A stretch of 63,115 bases of DNA, filler included, from Sphacelaria rigidula (GCA_964200075.2; 7 parts of 7 records of this genome joined end to end with filler, not necessarily neighbours in it), one strand, 5' to 3'. Shown: positions 1-12,479, counted from the first letter of the whole stretch. Translations and numbers: made by a program. The notes: generated from the sequence alone by a model not told the origin.

Positions 1-3000
1 TATTATTATTATCATGCTCGTCACATTAGCTCGATCTCTCGAACCCGTGGTCACAGTGCAAGGAGCATACCACCCATACCCATATAGCCCAAACCCCGCA
101 GAAGAAGGCACGAAACAAAACGTCTACACGAAAAAGAGCACCTACACCACGATAAATCCGTATAAGACCGATTGAACTACAGGAGACCTACTGGAATCTT
201 AGAAGCCCCCGCGTGCGATCTCTGCGACTACCTTGCCACGTACTGGTGTATACACAGAGCAGTAACAGCGAGTAAGCCGATAACCGAAACGATCGCGTAG
301 AACAGAGACCAATCCTGAAATAGATCGACTGTCTAGAGTGCTGTTCGAAGAGATCCTCTACAGAGCCTGCGCACCGGAGGCTGAAGAACGTCAGATAGGA
401 AGATCCAAAAAAGACAAAAAAAAGGAGTCGATGGTAACGAGGAGGAAAGCCAGGAACTACGATGTCCCTCAGGTTCTGGTCAGGAAGCATCGCTATGGAA
501 ACATAACAGGCAGGGCGTGTCTAGCCTACACAAGGCATAGCGCTGTCGGCGAAAAATAGAATCTGTTCAGAGTGTCCTATATTCAACCATGCAAACATGG
601 GATGCCATCTGTATGTAGCATCCACAACAAACACCTAGCAAAAACCCAACAGAAAAAAAATATTCCACCCTCAACGAAATTAGCCGCTAGCTCTGCTCTT
701 CTCCGCTGCAAGGTCCTCTTCGAAGTCGACCTTCTGACGCTCCCATCTGTCCTCAACAGCGCCCATGGCCAACCCAACCGCCCATCCTCGCCGGTGTCCA
801 TGATCCCAAACAGTGCCACCTCTACTTCCTTTCGTGATAAAACACTTCCTCCTTCGTTATGCACTCTGGTGCTGGTATGTAGTGAGTGTCTCGTCCAGGA
901 GGCTCAACCAGACCTAACCCGTCCGTCGACGAGCGCTACTCCTCCATCCTTGTCGCCGAAACCAATCTACACATCGGCACACACTCCTTTGTATCAATGG
1001 TGTGCGTGCCAGCTGTCGACAGCGGTGCCAACTGCCTCCTGTGTTACAAGCAGTGTAATATAGAATGTGTCGTGTTCGTCATTCACTTTCCCTGCAGCAG
1101 TCGGGTGTCACTTTGCGGTGACGCCTGTAGAGTGGGCGTTTCACCTACACTTGGTTTTTGAGTACTCTTGTCCGCGGTCATTTCGTTCTCTGAAGCTCTG
1201 AGAAGCCAGGATTTTGTCTTAACTTCTAAAATACACGTTTACCGCTGATACATCTTCGCTTGCGTTTCCGTGGACATTAGGGTGCGTTCTGTTTCTGCTT
1301 GGAGTTGGAGCATATTCGCCCTCCACGCTGTGTTGTGGATGGCGCTATGGCGTTGCGATGCGTTCCGTTGAATTTTCTGCGTCCACGCGTCAGCGGACCC
1401 CCCGACCATCAGCGGTACCGTCATTCATTTCGATCACTCGTCATTTGTAAAATCGGCATAGGTTTTTTCATGAGAGTTGAGTCGGAACCACGCTCATTCG
1501 ACGATCAGAAGGCATGACCTCAAATCATGCCACCGCTCTCCACTGAACAGAATCTTACTCCTCTCGGGGCAGGGCTTGCACACCTCGGGCGTGTTTCGAT
1601 ATTTCACGCGTGTCCCAACTGTACCTTGTTTCCCCCTGTCGCTGCACTGCTGCAGATGGTGCTATTACGTTTACGGCGCATTCGAGAATAAATGGGACGA
1701 CAACACACATGTTTTTCGCACAGCATGTTCCTTCGGGAGATGCACCAACACACACGGTCTTGTAATACGTAACAGACCAAAGTTGCGCAATATGTAGTGA
1801 CGGCGCAAAATGTTTCACGCCCTCATGGGGCAATATGCCACCGGCGCAATACGTTGTCCCTAAGTGAATGCCTTAGAGGTCGGACGTAAGTGAGTGCAGT
1901 ACGTATATCGGGCGTGAGATTTACAGGTGGGCGGATAGGTGCAACATATGCAGACGGAAAATTTAAATCGCGTGCGGGGTGGAACCTGTCGACACACCTC
2001 CGACGATAAATCCCCAGTATCTACTGTTCCTACTCTATATCGACGGTTTGCGGTGTACCCTATATGAGATCATATAATCATACCCTTTGTATGGTTTGTG
2101 CTCGAAATCTGTCGTCTCATCACTATTTTTCAACGTGTTCTCTTGACTCGGTATACCGTTCCGTTGGTATGCCCACAGCCGGCGGGGGAAGTATTTGTTG
2201 AAACATGTTGCTCGGGGAGCAACCTCGTTTCCAGCACATGCCGACACGATTTCAACGTACGTTACATCATTTACACTCCTAACCAGAGCATACGTTAAGA
2301 CCCGAGTAAGTGCTGTCTACGATGCAAAGTATCGATATATATAACGAGCCGCACCGACCCGTCTAGGGTGTGGCTCCAACTCACCATGTTGTTCCTTCCG
2401 AGAGCAAGTTGGCAGGAAATGGCATGGGGAGGGGAAATTGCAAGGGTGCTGTCTGTGGAGGAGCGCTTTTGCATGATGGCAGCAGAAGAACTGATTGCAT
2501 GCGAGCGGTGATATCATAGTTGGCAACCAGAGACATGTTGCCTTGTGTCATCGGCGGGGGAGCAAAGTAGTCAGACAGAATTGCAACTAGTCTGGATCAC
2601 GTCGGACAAGAGCAAGAGCAAGAGTGGCCCATATGATGGCAGGCTTGTAGCACTTGTGTCTTCAACCGATTGTGTGCGCGATATTTTACCAACCTTTCAT
2701 ATATCATTCCCGTCGCTCGAGTTTCCACCATTAATAGGGAGTGAATGTGTTTTGTTCATCTCGGGTGCGTCTACCTTTTGACCACGCCTTGACTTCTCGG
2801 GGATCACTGAGTGTGCGGCAATCAAACAACACAGAGAGCCCATATGCGACACCAGGAATGAATGAACAAATGCCACCACATGTACGAAGTAACCACGAAT
2901 ACGACGCCAAGGTCACAAGAACATGTGTCTGTTGACCTGCTGGTGTAACTACTTCCCAACCGTTACTCCCGGTCTCGTGTTGGGGGCTGCGTGTGATCCG

Positions 3001-3029
3001 ATTCTACAGTAGTGGACGGTCTAACTATT

Positions 3030-3420
3030 CATTATTGTGGCATTTTGTGATTTTTTCGGGATTGGCGATTTTCTTGGGCTCTTTTCGCTCGCCACCCCTC
3101 ATCACATCGGGTATCTGAAGATATTTGTATCCGCTCCATATTCCAAAAATGAATAAATCATCTGTACACAATTTTGAGTGACTTACGGGCTGACCGATCT
3201 GGGATCTTGCCATGTTTCAGTCCAGATTCTTTCTCTTCTGTATTCTCGGTCGATCGAGCCCGTCCCGATCATAATTGTAAAAAAATGTAAAGTTTTACAT
3301 TTATGAAATTCTGCCTACCCCGTGTACTAGAGCCAAAAAACTCTGTTTCGTGGTCAATAACACCCTTCTAATAAACGGGATATTTGCTCGTTTCGCCCGA
3401 TAACACCAACTAACTCTGAC
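3030..3420. mobile_element. Degenerate copy of the arm/internal region of the 29905-31860 TIR element
   Basis: Shares GACTTACGGGCTGAC, CTAGAGCCAAAAAA and TAACACCC...ATAAACG motifs with 30406-30625, and CGCCACC(C/A)CTCATC with the arms. Confidence 0.55.
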
Positions 3421-5355
3421 TTGGGCACTGTTTCGGTAATGATCTGTTTCGTTGTGTACCAAAATCTACCGACGCTAGCAATCTTGAGTTATATTCAAGA
3501 GTAGCACGCGAGGAGAACCCCAAAACACCCCTAAATAGTTAGACCGTCCACTACTGTAGAGTGATGTTCACGCGTCCTGTGCACTGAGGTGGTATGATGT
3601 GAAGGTGCTATCATGTGTTGATCCTCTCGTTTGCCAAAAGGGTCGTTTTTCGAGGGCTCATGCGTCAAATGTGCTGGTGCAAAACTTACTCCATTGCAGT
3701 GTGCTACTGCCTCACGTCTATTTGCTCCAACACCTCGGTTCCGGTCGGTTACAGTCCATACCAAATAATCCAACTTTACGACGATCATATACTGTGGGGT
3801 GTTCGCAAACTTGGCATCAACTCTCGAGGTATACTGTGGAGGAACATCACGTACATGGGGTGGACCATCATGGCTTCCTGGAGGATCGTCTATTTGTTGA
3901 GTATACATGATGCGGCCATGCATTCGTTATGATCAGTCTACCGGAATTCATGGGGATTGTCACGTACCGGTGCTGAGGCGGGACTTCAGCTTTTTATAAA
4001 CGCCAACCAACGTGAAATCAATGTCTTGCAAGCATGGGCTCCACCGCTGAAGCGATATCGTGACCTTGCGATTCCCCTGCGGAATGGGCAGTCCGTACCC
4101 GGTAGACACTGATACGTCCTACTCTTTCAATGAGTTGACTTGAATGATTCGATTATCCGACATTTCGAAGTGTATCATTCACCCATTCATATCGTGTTTA
4201 CTGGTTTCGTTGAGGCTATGTGTGCTGAGCAGGTCCAGCATTCAGCAAGGTACTGACTTGAGCTTCTGGCATAAAGACGCCGAAATGCCAGCGTGTGTTG
4301 CTTTCGTTTATAACCGGTCTTTTCCAGGTGCCTTCTCATCAGTAGGTTGTATTTCTGAGCTATCGCCTGGTGGAGGAGTCGATTTTGACCGAGTATAAAG
4401 TACGATTCCTTACAAATTCGGTGGGATTGCCGATTCATTCATGGATAGATCAACTTCGGTTGTTTACCCCGTTTTTTCGCAGTGAAGTTTCACGTGCTTG
4501 TTCGATAAGTTTTCCGTACTCGTGTGTTGCATGCATGTCAACTGGTTTGCGGAGACTGAAGGTTTGTAGCTATCCGTCACCGCGAAACCTGCTTGCCTTT
4601 CGAGGCCCGGAGTCCTCGGCCGGTTGTGTCAATACGCACCACCATATCGGCAGCAAGAACTCATGCAGAAATTTGCAGTATGGTACTTGTTGGCGACGGT
4701 AAAATCCTCTCGAATATACCACTTCATACGATCACATGGCTGGAGGTGAGGAAAGGTAGTTTCAGAGACATTCGTGGTATACATACATTTAGATTTTATG
4801 AGCTTTCTGCATGACGTAACTTACGACATCGAAGGGTGGGCTGTGAATTCCTTGTAGAGGCTGGAGATAAAACTTTCAATGATGAAGAACATACCTCTGT
4901 TAGTGTTTGTTCGAAAGGTACCATTCACCTATACTGCTGGTTGTTGGCCGTAGTGTATGGCATGTGGTTGTGTTGCTTTTTGCACGAGCCGCATAATCCA
5001 GTGAAAAATCCAGTGGAGGAAATATGCAGGTTTTTGCCAAGCCCACCAGAGGAATCGGTAGCATCACGTTCTGTTTCCGAAATGGAACGTCTGACGAAGC
5101 AAACGCCTACTCGATTTCATCACATAGTGAAGGCTCATGCAAAATATGAACAGTCTGTACTTCCTATTTTCCCTCGAAGTATTGTATGCCACGTCTGACG
5201 AACACTTGACAATTTTGACGGTTTCTGGATCCGTTCAATACTCTCAGGCAGCATCGGGAGGGATTGCCTGCCCGTCTTGTTCGGCCATGTGACAGTGGGA
5301 CTTCAAGAAGCAGCCGAAATTGTGTGCGCTAGAGCCTCTCTCTTTGCTGGCGTAG

Positions 5356-7892
5356 GGGTGATACGAGCTTGGCAGTGCCCCCAGGAGGGCTGCTTGAAAT
5401 GACCATCAGATGGCATGACGGGCATCAACGCCGTGGAGGTGCCGGTGAACGGTGTTGGGATGGTCGATGAAGTAAGCAAGGTGTGCGGCACCAAGGGCTG
5501 CACCACAAAGCCATCGTACGGTGTAGCGGGAAGTCGGTTGGCGGAGTTCTGTGCCGACCACGCGAGAGTGGAGATGGTTGATGTAGTGGGCAAGAAATGC
5601 GGCAACGAGAGCTGCTTCAAACAACCACCGTACAGTGTGGTGGAAAGCCGGAAGACGGAGTTCTGTGCCACCAATGCCAGGGCGGGGATGGCCCATTTTA
5701 GAGGCAAGAAGTGCGGCGCCGAGGGCTGCTCCAAACGACCATCTTACGGTGTAGCGGGGAATCGGAAGGCGGAGTTCTGTGCTAATCACGCTTAGAAAGG
5801 GATGATTGATGTACTGAGCAAGAAGTGCAGCAGCGATGGCTGCTTCAAACGAGCGTCTTATGGTGTACGGGGAAGTCGGAAGTCGGAGTTCTGTGTTGAG
5901 CACGCGAAGGAAGGAATGGTTGATGTAGTGAGCAAGAAGTGCGGCAGTGACGGCTGCTCCAAACGACCATCTTACGGTGTAGCGGGAGACCGGAAGGCGG
6001 AATTCTGTGCCGACCACGCCAGGTCCGGGATGATCGATGTGAGGAGTAAGAAGTGCAGCAATGAGGGCTGCTCCAAGAACCCATCGTACGGTGTAGCGGG
6101 AAGTCGGAAGGCGGAGTTCTGTGCCGACCACGCCAGGTCCGGGATGATCGATGTGCGGAGCAGGAAGTGCGGCGACGAGGGTTGCTCCAAACAACCATCT
6201 TACGGTAAAGCGGGGAATCGGAAGGCGGAGTTCTGTGCTGATCACGCGAAGGAAGGGATGATTGATGTAGCAAACAAGAAGTGCAGCGACGACGGCTGCT
6301 CCAAACGACCATCTTTCGGTGTAGCAGGAAGTCGGAAGGCGGAGTTCTGTGCTGACCACGCTAGGAAAGGGATGATTGATGTATTGAGCAAGAAGTGTGG
6401 CAGCGACGGCTGCTCCAAACGACCATTTTACGGTGTAGCGGGAGACCGGAAGGCGGAGTTATGTGCTGACCACGTCAGGTCCGGGATGATCAATGTGAAG
6501 AGCAAGAAGTGCAGCAACGAGGGCTGCTCCAAACAACCATCTCACGGTGTAGCGGGAAGTTGGAGGGCGGAGTTCTGTGCTGATCACGCTAGGGAAGAAA
6601 TGGTTAATGTTAAGAGCCAGAAGTGCAGCAAGAAGGGCTGCTTCAAACGATCATCTTATGGTGTAGCGGGAATTCGGAAGGCGGAGTTCTGTGCCGATTA
6701 CGCCAGGGCAGGAATGGTCGATGTCGTGAGGAGGAGGTGCGGCAACGAGGGCTGCTCCAGAAAATCATCTTATGGTGTGGCGGGAAGTCGCCAGGTGGAG
6801 TTCTGTGCCGATCATGCCACGGCAGGGATGATCGATGTGGTGAGCAAGAAGCGCGGCAACGACGGTTGCTCCAAACAACCATCTTACGGTGTGGCGGGAA
6901 GTCGCAAGGTGGAATTCTGTTCCGATCACGCCAGGGCGGGGATGGTCGATGTGGTGAGCAAGAAGCGCGGCAACGACGGTTGCTCCAAACAACCATCTTA
7001 CGGTGTGGCGGGAAGTCGCAAGGTGGAATTCTGTACCGATCACGCCAGGGCGGGGATGATCGATGTGGTGAGCAAGAAGCGCGGCAACGAGGGCTGCTTC
7101 AACCAATCATCTAACGGTGTAGTGGGGAGTCGGAAGGCGGAGTTCTGTGCTGATCACGCTAGCAAAGAGATGGTCGATGTTAAGAGCAAGGAATGTGGCA
7201 ACAAGAGCTGCTCCAAACAACCACCTTACGGTGCAGCGGAAATTCGGAAGGCGGATATTTGTGCCGATCACGCGAGGGCGGGAATGGTCGATGCAGTGAG
7301 GAAAACGTACGGCAACGAGGGCTGCTCCAATCGGCGTGTGTACCACGTTGATGTCGAACAGGGCAACGAATGCCAACATGACGCATCTCAAGCAACCGGG
7401 CGAGGGCAGACTGGAGACATGTTGGATGAACACTTTACCCAGGGCGGACGACCCAATCACTCTACTAGTCAAAATGGTGGTGCGGGTGATGTCGGGTCCA
7501 GCTCTGTTTTGCGTATCAGTTCCGAACTTGTTGGAACCGCGCCGTCGCAGCCAGTCGAATGCGCCGAAGGAGGACCTCTAGGGACAAGGCCGCACGCGAG
7601 GGTGAAATCGGAAAAGCCTACCCCCCTTCAGCGTCTCAAGCAAAGCCTGCGAAGGACGGTTGGCGTGGTCACCTATCCTGATAATGGTGGGGGCAGCAGG
7701 ATTGGCAGTAACTCTGGCGATAGTTGTGATGAAATAATAACGAAGCGGATTTGCAGGACGCCGTCGACCGTTCGTGAACACCTTCGGCCAGACGACGCTC
7801 CAGTCGATGCTTCTTCAGTGGTGTTCCGAGGGAAAGAGGAAGGCTTGAAGATGGAGCTGGAAGTTTCGGCTCCGTTTCCCCGCCTCGCGTAA
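5356..7892 (+). pseudogene. EsV-1-7 cysteine-rich tandem-repeat gene (~17 x 38-aa units plus low-complexity C-terminus) with two in-frame stops in the 5' part
   Basis: One frame with a 114-bp period; consensus C-x4-C-SKxPSYGVAGSRKAEF-C-xx-H-ARxGMxDVxSKK matches the brown-algal EsV-1-7 repeat. In-frame TGA at 5400-5402 and TAG at 5793-5795. Possible acceptor ctctctttgctggcgtag ending at 5355. Confidence 0.6.
5802..7892 (+). CDS. Intact 696-aa ORF of the EsV-1-7 repeat protein (~13 repeats plus C-terminal tail)
   Basis: Uninterrupted ORF downstream of the TAG; C-x4-C-x16-C-x2-H repeats; tail contains VKSE and LKME motifs. Confidence 0.75.
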   Translation: MIDVLSKKCSSDGCFKRASYGVRGSRKSEFCVEHAKEGMVDVVSKKCGSDGCSKRPSYGVAGDRKAEFCADHARSGMIDVRSKKCSNEGCSKNPSYGVAGSRKAEFCADHARSGMIDVRSRKCGDEGCSKQPSYGKAGNRKAEFCADHAKEGMIDVANKKCSDDGCSKRPSFGVAGSRKAEFCADHARKGMIDVLSKKCGSDGCSKRPFYGVAGDRKAELCADHVRSGMINVKSKKCSNEGCSKQPSHGVAGSWRAEFCADHAREEMVNVKSQKCSKKGCFKRSSYGVAGIRKAEFCADYARAGMVDVVRRRCGNEGCSRKSSYGVAGSRQVEFCADHATAGMIDVVSKKRGNDGCSKQPSYGVAGSRKVEFCSDHARAGMVDVVSKKRGNDGCSKQPSYGVAGSRKVEFCTDHARAGMIDVVSKKRGNEGCFNQSSNGVVGSRKAEFCADHASKEMVDVKSKECGNKSCSKQPPYGAAEIRKADICADHARAGMVDAVRKTYGNEGCSNRRVYHVDVEQGNECQHDASQATGRGQTGDMLDEHFTQGGRPNHSTSQNGGAGDVGSSSVLRISSELVGTAPSQPVECAEGGPLGTRPHARVKSEKPTPLQRLKQSLRRTVGVVTYPDNGGGSRIGSNSGDSCDEIITKRICRTPSTVREHLRPDDAPVDASSVVFRGKEEGLKMELEVSAPFPRLA

Positions 7893-8932
7893 GTGCCATC
7901 AACATGAACGAGAGTTGGAATGATTCTGGTATGCTCGCTGCACGCCGATCTGTAGCTCAGCGCCACTTTTGCGGGAAGCGTTTGGTGGTATATTCGCATT
8001 CGGCGCCGCAGCCCCAGTTCTCGTGCGTGCCGTCGCGACAGGGTGGAGCTGTTGTTGTGTGATCATGGTGATGCCTGCGCCGCAATTCGATGGTTTCATT
8101 TGAGTGCTTGGTAGAAAAAGCAGTCCGCGCAAGTGTGTTTTTGTTCTTGTAGCGGGTATGCACGCGGTAATTCCCGTCCTGTTATCCGGCACATGTACGG
8201 TGTACTGCGAAACGTTCATGCGTCAGGTGCTGCTTTGCTGTGGGTACTGTGTCAGCACCCTGGCCTCTATTTCCGCTGCGAACAAATCGTGTATCGCCAA
8301 TGGAACAACCCGCTTGTCGAGGATGTCACATGTTCGTAAGAAAACGTATGACGTGTGAACTTGCCAGCCCCCAACACTTGGCAGAGTGCACATGCGAGTC
8401 AAAGGTGTCAGACGGCTCAGCGAAGAGTCTAGTCGTGGTATCGTGGATCAGGGGGACAAGCATTTACGGTAGACTTTCGGCGTGAGTGGCGAGTGAGTAC
8501 AGGAAGAAATTGATACGATTCGTCACCGAGTCGATAGCAGCTTGTACAGTACTTCCGCGGTTGGAACGGGGTATGTCATCCGTTCAACATCCCTCGTTGC
8601 TACTGCCCCGTTCTCCTCTCGCTGTCTGTGGTTCTTGTTGGGGCAACAACAGTAGTTGATTGATCTTCATTGATTTCAACGTTCGGGCAATAATTGTATT
8701 GGTGCTACATATCGTGAGTAGGGCCTGGATAGGGTTGCACTCTCTTTGCCTCTAGTTGGACCAGCCTGTAGAAGCCTGCACCAACGCGGAAAAAAATCGA
8801 GTCAAGCCTGCCAACCCCTGAATCGAGAAGCAAAATTGTAGCTTAATGCTGTGGATAAGAGAAAACAGTGTTTTCGTGAGATATAGAGTAGATGATACGA
8901 TTGAGAGTGGCTTTGATCATTCGCTTTAAGTG

Positions 8933-9032
8933 NNNNNNNNNNNNNNNNNNNNNNNNNNNNNNNNNNNNNNNNNNNNTTAATTAATTAANNNNNNNNNNNN
9001 NNNNNNNNNNNNNNNNNNNNNNNNNNNNNNNN
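8933..9032. other. Artificial contig linker N44-TTAATTAATTAA-N44
   Basis: 100-nt spacer with stops in all six frames; occurs six times in the window. Confidence 0.97.
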
Positions 9033-9221
9033 CAACTACGAGCGGGCACGATTCCTCTTTCCCACTTTTCCTATAGTGTGATTGAACAGCCGTGGTCTCC
9101 CCGCTCCTCTACCCCCCCCCCCCCCCCCCCCCCCGCCATCCATCCTCTTTTCCAGTTTTTCGCTTCCGTTGCCTTCCCTCGTCTTTTTTGGTTTTCTCGT
9201 GTTTCCCACGTCCCCGCCCCT

Positions 9222-9311
9222 GGTACCCCGAAAATCCGGTGTGCTCTGTTCGGGCTTTGTAGGGATGCGAGGTCAATGGTCTCGTGATTACGGCATGCAC
9301 AGTACACCCCC
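9222..9311 (-). repeat. ~100-bp GTACTCAT/GACCATTGACC dispersed element
   Basis: Reverse complement matches 26580-26680 and 46487-46587 (GACCATTGACCTCGCATCCCTACAAAG); C-rich flanks. Confidence 0.75.
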
Positions 9312-9406
9312 TCTTGTTTCAGGCTATTCTGGTCTGCAATATTCATGTTTTGTCACTCCTGTCTGCCCGTTCGTTTGTTTATTCAATGACTCCGTCTACT
9401 GTGCAG

Positions 9407-9566
9407 TGCCGTCTTATTTCTCGCGGAAGGGAGCTGCAAGACACGGCTCCCATGGGCGATTACAAAATCGAAGATGGTGCTTGTCTGCACGTCATGATCG
9501 GGCGACCGGGGTCAGCAGCGCGTTCCGCACGTTCCGCACATTCCGCGAGTTCCACGGGTGCTTCCG
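9407..9566 (+). CDS. Exon encoding the C-terminal half of a ubiquitin-like domain (partial gene)
   Basis: CRLISRGRELQDTAPMGDYKIEDGACLHVMI resembles ubiquitin [31 protein letters not shown]; flanked by gtgcag acceptor and gtcagt donor. Confidence 0.7.
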
Positions 9567-10084
9567 GTCAGTTTTTCTTCTTCTATATTAATTTCCCAAC
9601 ATTTCCCCACCTTGTAAAACTATGACTAACAACTAACGAAGTGAGTTGTTTGTCAACCATCTACTGGCTGGTTGTTCAAGCAACTAGTTGCACACGATTT
9701 AAAACAGTCAGTTATTTGATAAACAAGTACCAACTGTTGTTGTTCAGGGTGCGAACATTTCCCTACTGAAACGTGTTTTATTTGTTTTCCTGTGCGATTT
9801 GGGAACACACACCACTTCAAAAAACCGCAGGCCGCACTGCCGTACAATATCTCATTCACGTTCACACTAACATTTTCGCTTCTTATCGTCACACTTCCTT
9901 CCAACCCGTCCCCTTGTCGAGACGAACCCGTAGTCTGGAGCGGTCAGCTCATCTCTCCCCCGGTATGTACATGCCTGATATTTTTGGATATCACGAATTG
10001 AATTATGACCACTCCCGTACCTCCTCGACTCTCGTCAAAATTCGCTTGCTCCCCGCATCCTCACGTTGTCAGTGCCGGAAGCCA

Positions 10085-10190
10085 AACTCTGCAAAAAATC
10101 TACGTGTATGTCGGGATTCGAACCGTCAACCTTCCACCTTATAACAGCTGGCTGTGGCTGTACTATTCAAATCTAGAACCCCGGGGCGCG
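10085..10190 (-). mobile_element. Possible tRNA-derived SINE head
   Basis: B-box GGTTCGAATCCC on the minus strand; no clear A-box or cloverleaf. Confidence 0.3.
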
Positions 10191-10833
10191 GTTTCAATAT
10201 GTGTATCCATGGAATCTATCTGAACCTGCCGTATTAGTGTTTCCGCGTCCCTCAGAGCTGACGGCTGAGAGTTCCTGCCAAATTAATTGTGCGGTCTCCC
10301 GATAACGAAGTCCCGAGCTTCTTCCGCGGCTTGGCTTATTGCACAGCCTACTTGTGTTTAGCCTGGACAGAGGTTCGTCCATTTTTTTTTCTCAGGAACG
10401 GTCCTAGTTCTGCACCGGGCGTCCACGTTAGTTCACCCCGCCTGTTTTCTCCTCTCTAGTTTTCACTTTTGCCCCCTTTGCTGAGGATATTGCAGCGAGC
10501 GTTTTTGACCCCCGTTAACCCTCTTGGAACTCACAATGGAAAATTGATCATTTGCTATTGACGGTCTTTGAGCAAGATATGGTTGATGGTTCACAGCTTA
10601 GACGCAACAATTTTGGCCCAACGCGTATTTTTCAGACCCGTGCGAGTAACAAGTGGAACAAGAGAAGGTTTCCTATTTTCTTGCTGCGGCGAGGTCCAGG
10701 ACCCGTCGGCGTTTTTTTTCTACACTCATGAGCTCCTTCCCCGTCCACGGTGCGCGGCAAGCCTCTGAGAAGCATGCTTCCCGCTTGACCTGCACGCCCT
10801 TCCCGCTGTAGTTTATATTTATACTCTTTGCAG

Positions 10834-10862
10834 CGTCACAGCAACAAGGGCAACGCCGATAG
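10834..10862 (+). CDS. Possible short terminal exon of the ubiquitin-like gene
   Basis: ctctttgcag acceptor; phase-compatible with the 9566 donor, giving ASQQQGQRR-stop. Confidence 0.3.
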
Positions 10863-12125
10863 CACATTCGCCATATTTATGAACTGGCGGTGTAATACAA
10901 TCCCAGGCAGTCACCTTTCCGTGCCGCCAGGGGTGCTGCGATACTGCCCTGTACATTACTGGGTGTGTTTACAGCATTTTGTGGTAATCTCGGCTGCAAA
11001 CTCACGTCATGCACAACATCGCGCTCGTGCACGTTCCGACAGTACCATCCCGCCGTTTGAAGAAATGCGTAAAGGCGACGCAGACGCCATGTGCCCTGCA
11101 GTTTTGCGCCATCACTGTGGTGTAGAGTCTGCCAAGTGCCCTCGCCCCAGGGGTGATGCCTTAATGCTTCGTGTTATGTCTGTATTATATTTTGAAAATA
11201 TATCGTACTTTGAAAAAACCGTTGTACAACGCGAGGTATGCACAGAGCTGCGCTCTGCCAAGCACGTACCGACAACATCATACTGCGGGTTGACCATTAC
11301 ACAACGGCGTAGCGAAAGGTACAGTTGCCCCACCACATCTATACCGCGGGTTGATCGTTCCCGACCGTTGCACAGACATACTTCATGCTGCATGTGAGTC
11401 ATGACGCCGGCTACCGCTATCGTCTCGTGCCGTCTACTCTCTTGGTCAACTTTTCACATGCTTATATTTATCTTGTACGGAGTGTAGCCGCAAGTCAATA
11501 CTGTAACCTACTGTATTTACTGACGGTAGTGTTTTTCATTTGGCCTGATTACGGTAGGCGGTGCCCGTTGGCTCCCTCCCGTGTGCATGTATATCGCCTG
11601 TGCGGACGCCTCGATTACGCCCGCCATGTACCGCCCGCACAACCCACTTTGCCTTCGACATTCGGTGATGGGATTTCGCTGGGTTCAGCCATACTATGCT
11701 GTATGTACGGTGTGGATTGGCAAATTCGCTACCCGATACTGCAGCCCGTCAAAGCGGTGCTTCCCCTATCTACAAATGCTAATATACCGACGTGCCTGGT
11801 TGGGCCCTGGAGCCCATTTCTGTTTTTTGAATGGAATGTTTCATAGTGGTTTTGCTGATGATTGTCGTTGGATATAATTGGACACACTTCATCCGTTGCG
11901 TGGTATGATTGGACAAACCTTACCCAAATTCTCTAGGGAGGATATTCTTCTTCGGTCTTCCATTATAAAAATGGTTGCCGTCGGCCTATTCTGTTTTCAT
12001 GTTCTCTTCGCCAGGGCTTCTCATAATAAGGCGTTTGGCCAGGGGACAGGAGGGGAGGATTCCAAAAGGGTTAACTGCGCTTGGGCACGCACGCCCATCT
12101 TGCAACCATGGCTGCGTTTGTGAGT

Positions 12126-12165
12126 GGGCGTACTCATTTGTTGCTTGCCTTAGTCGTTTGACCAT
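12126..12165 (+). repeat. GTACTCAT element, second subtype (fragment)
   Basis: GGGCGTACTCATTTGTTGCTTGCCTTAGTCGTTTGACCAT, identical to the reverse complement of ~18106-18145. Confidence 0.7.
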
Positions 12166-12479
12166 CGCTGCGTTTATGGGGGGCAGTGAATGTGCGACAG
12201 TTAATCAATCGATCGATCAATTACTGCAGGAGCATGGGTCGCCATATGGAACCCACGTCCCAATACCGTCCACAGTGGGTATATATGAATACGCGATGAC
12301 GCCATCGCGATCAAAGGGTAATCCCCTCGAAGAAGTGCCAAATATCGACCACATCTGTATTCATCTCTTTTTTTTCAGTCCCTCGAACAAGCTAGGTAAA
12401 AACCATCGTCCTTTACTTGGTAGCTCTTCCTGATTGCTCAGACGCATAAATCCGTTCGTCCAAGGTCCGGTTAAACCGC

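Noticed and set aside
188-5200. Short ORFs upstream of the EsV-1-7 gene
   Set aside because: No recognisable domains or phase-consistent splice chain.
5406-6359. 317-aa antisense ORF and other overlapping ORFs in the array
   Set aside because: Shadow frames of the tandem coding repeat; no independent motif.
5373-7340. CRISPR-like array
   Set aside because: Contiguous 114-bp coding repeats with no unique spacers; eukaryotic context and no cas genes.
8977-8988. Recurring TTAATTAATTAA as a biological motif
   Set aside because: Always centred in N44 runs; artificial linker.
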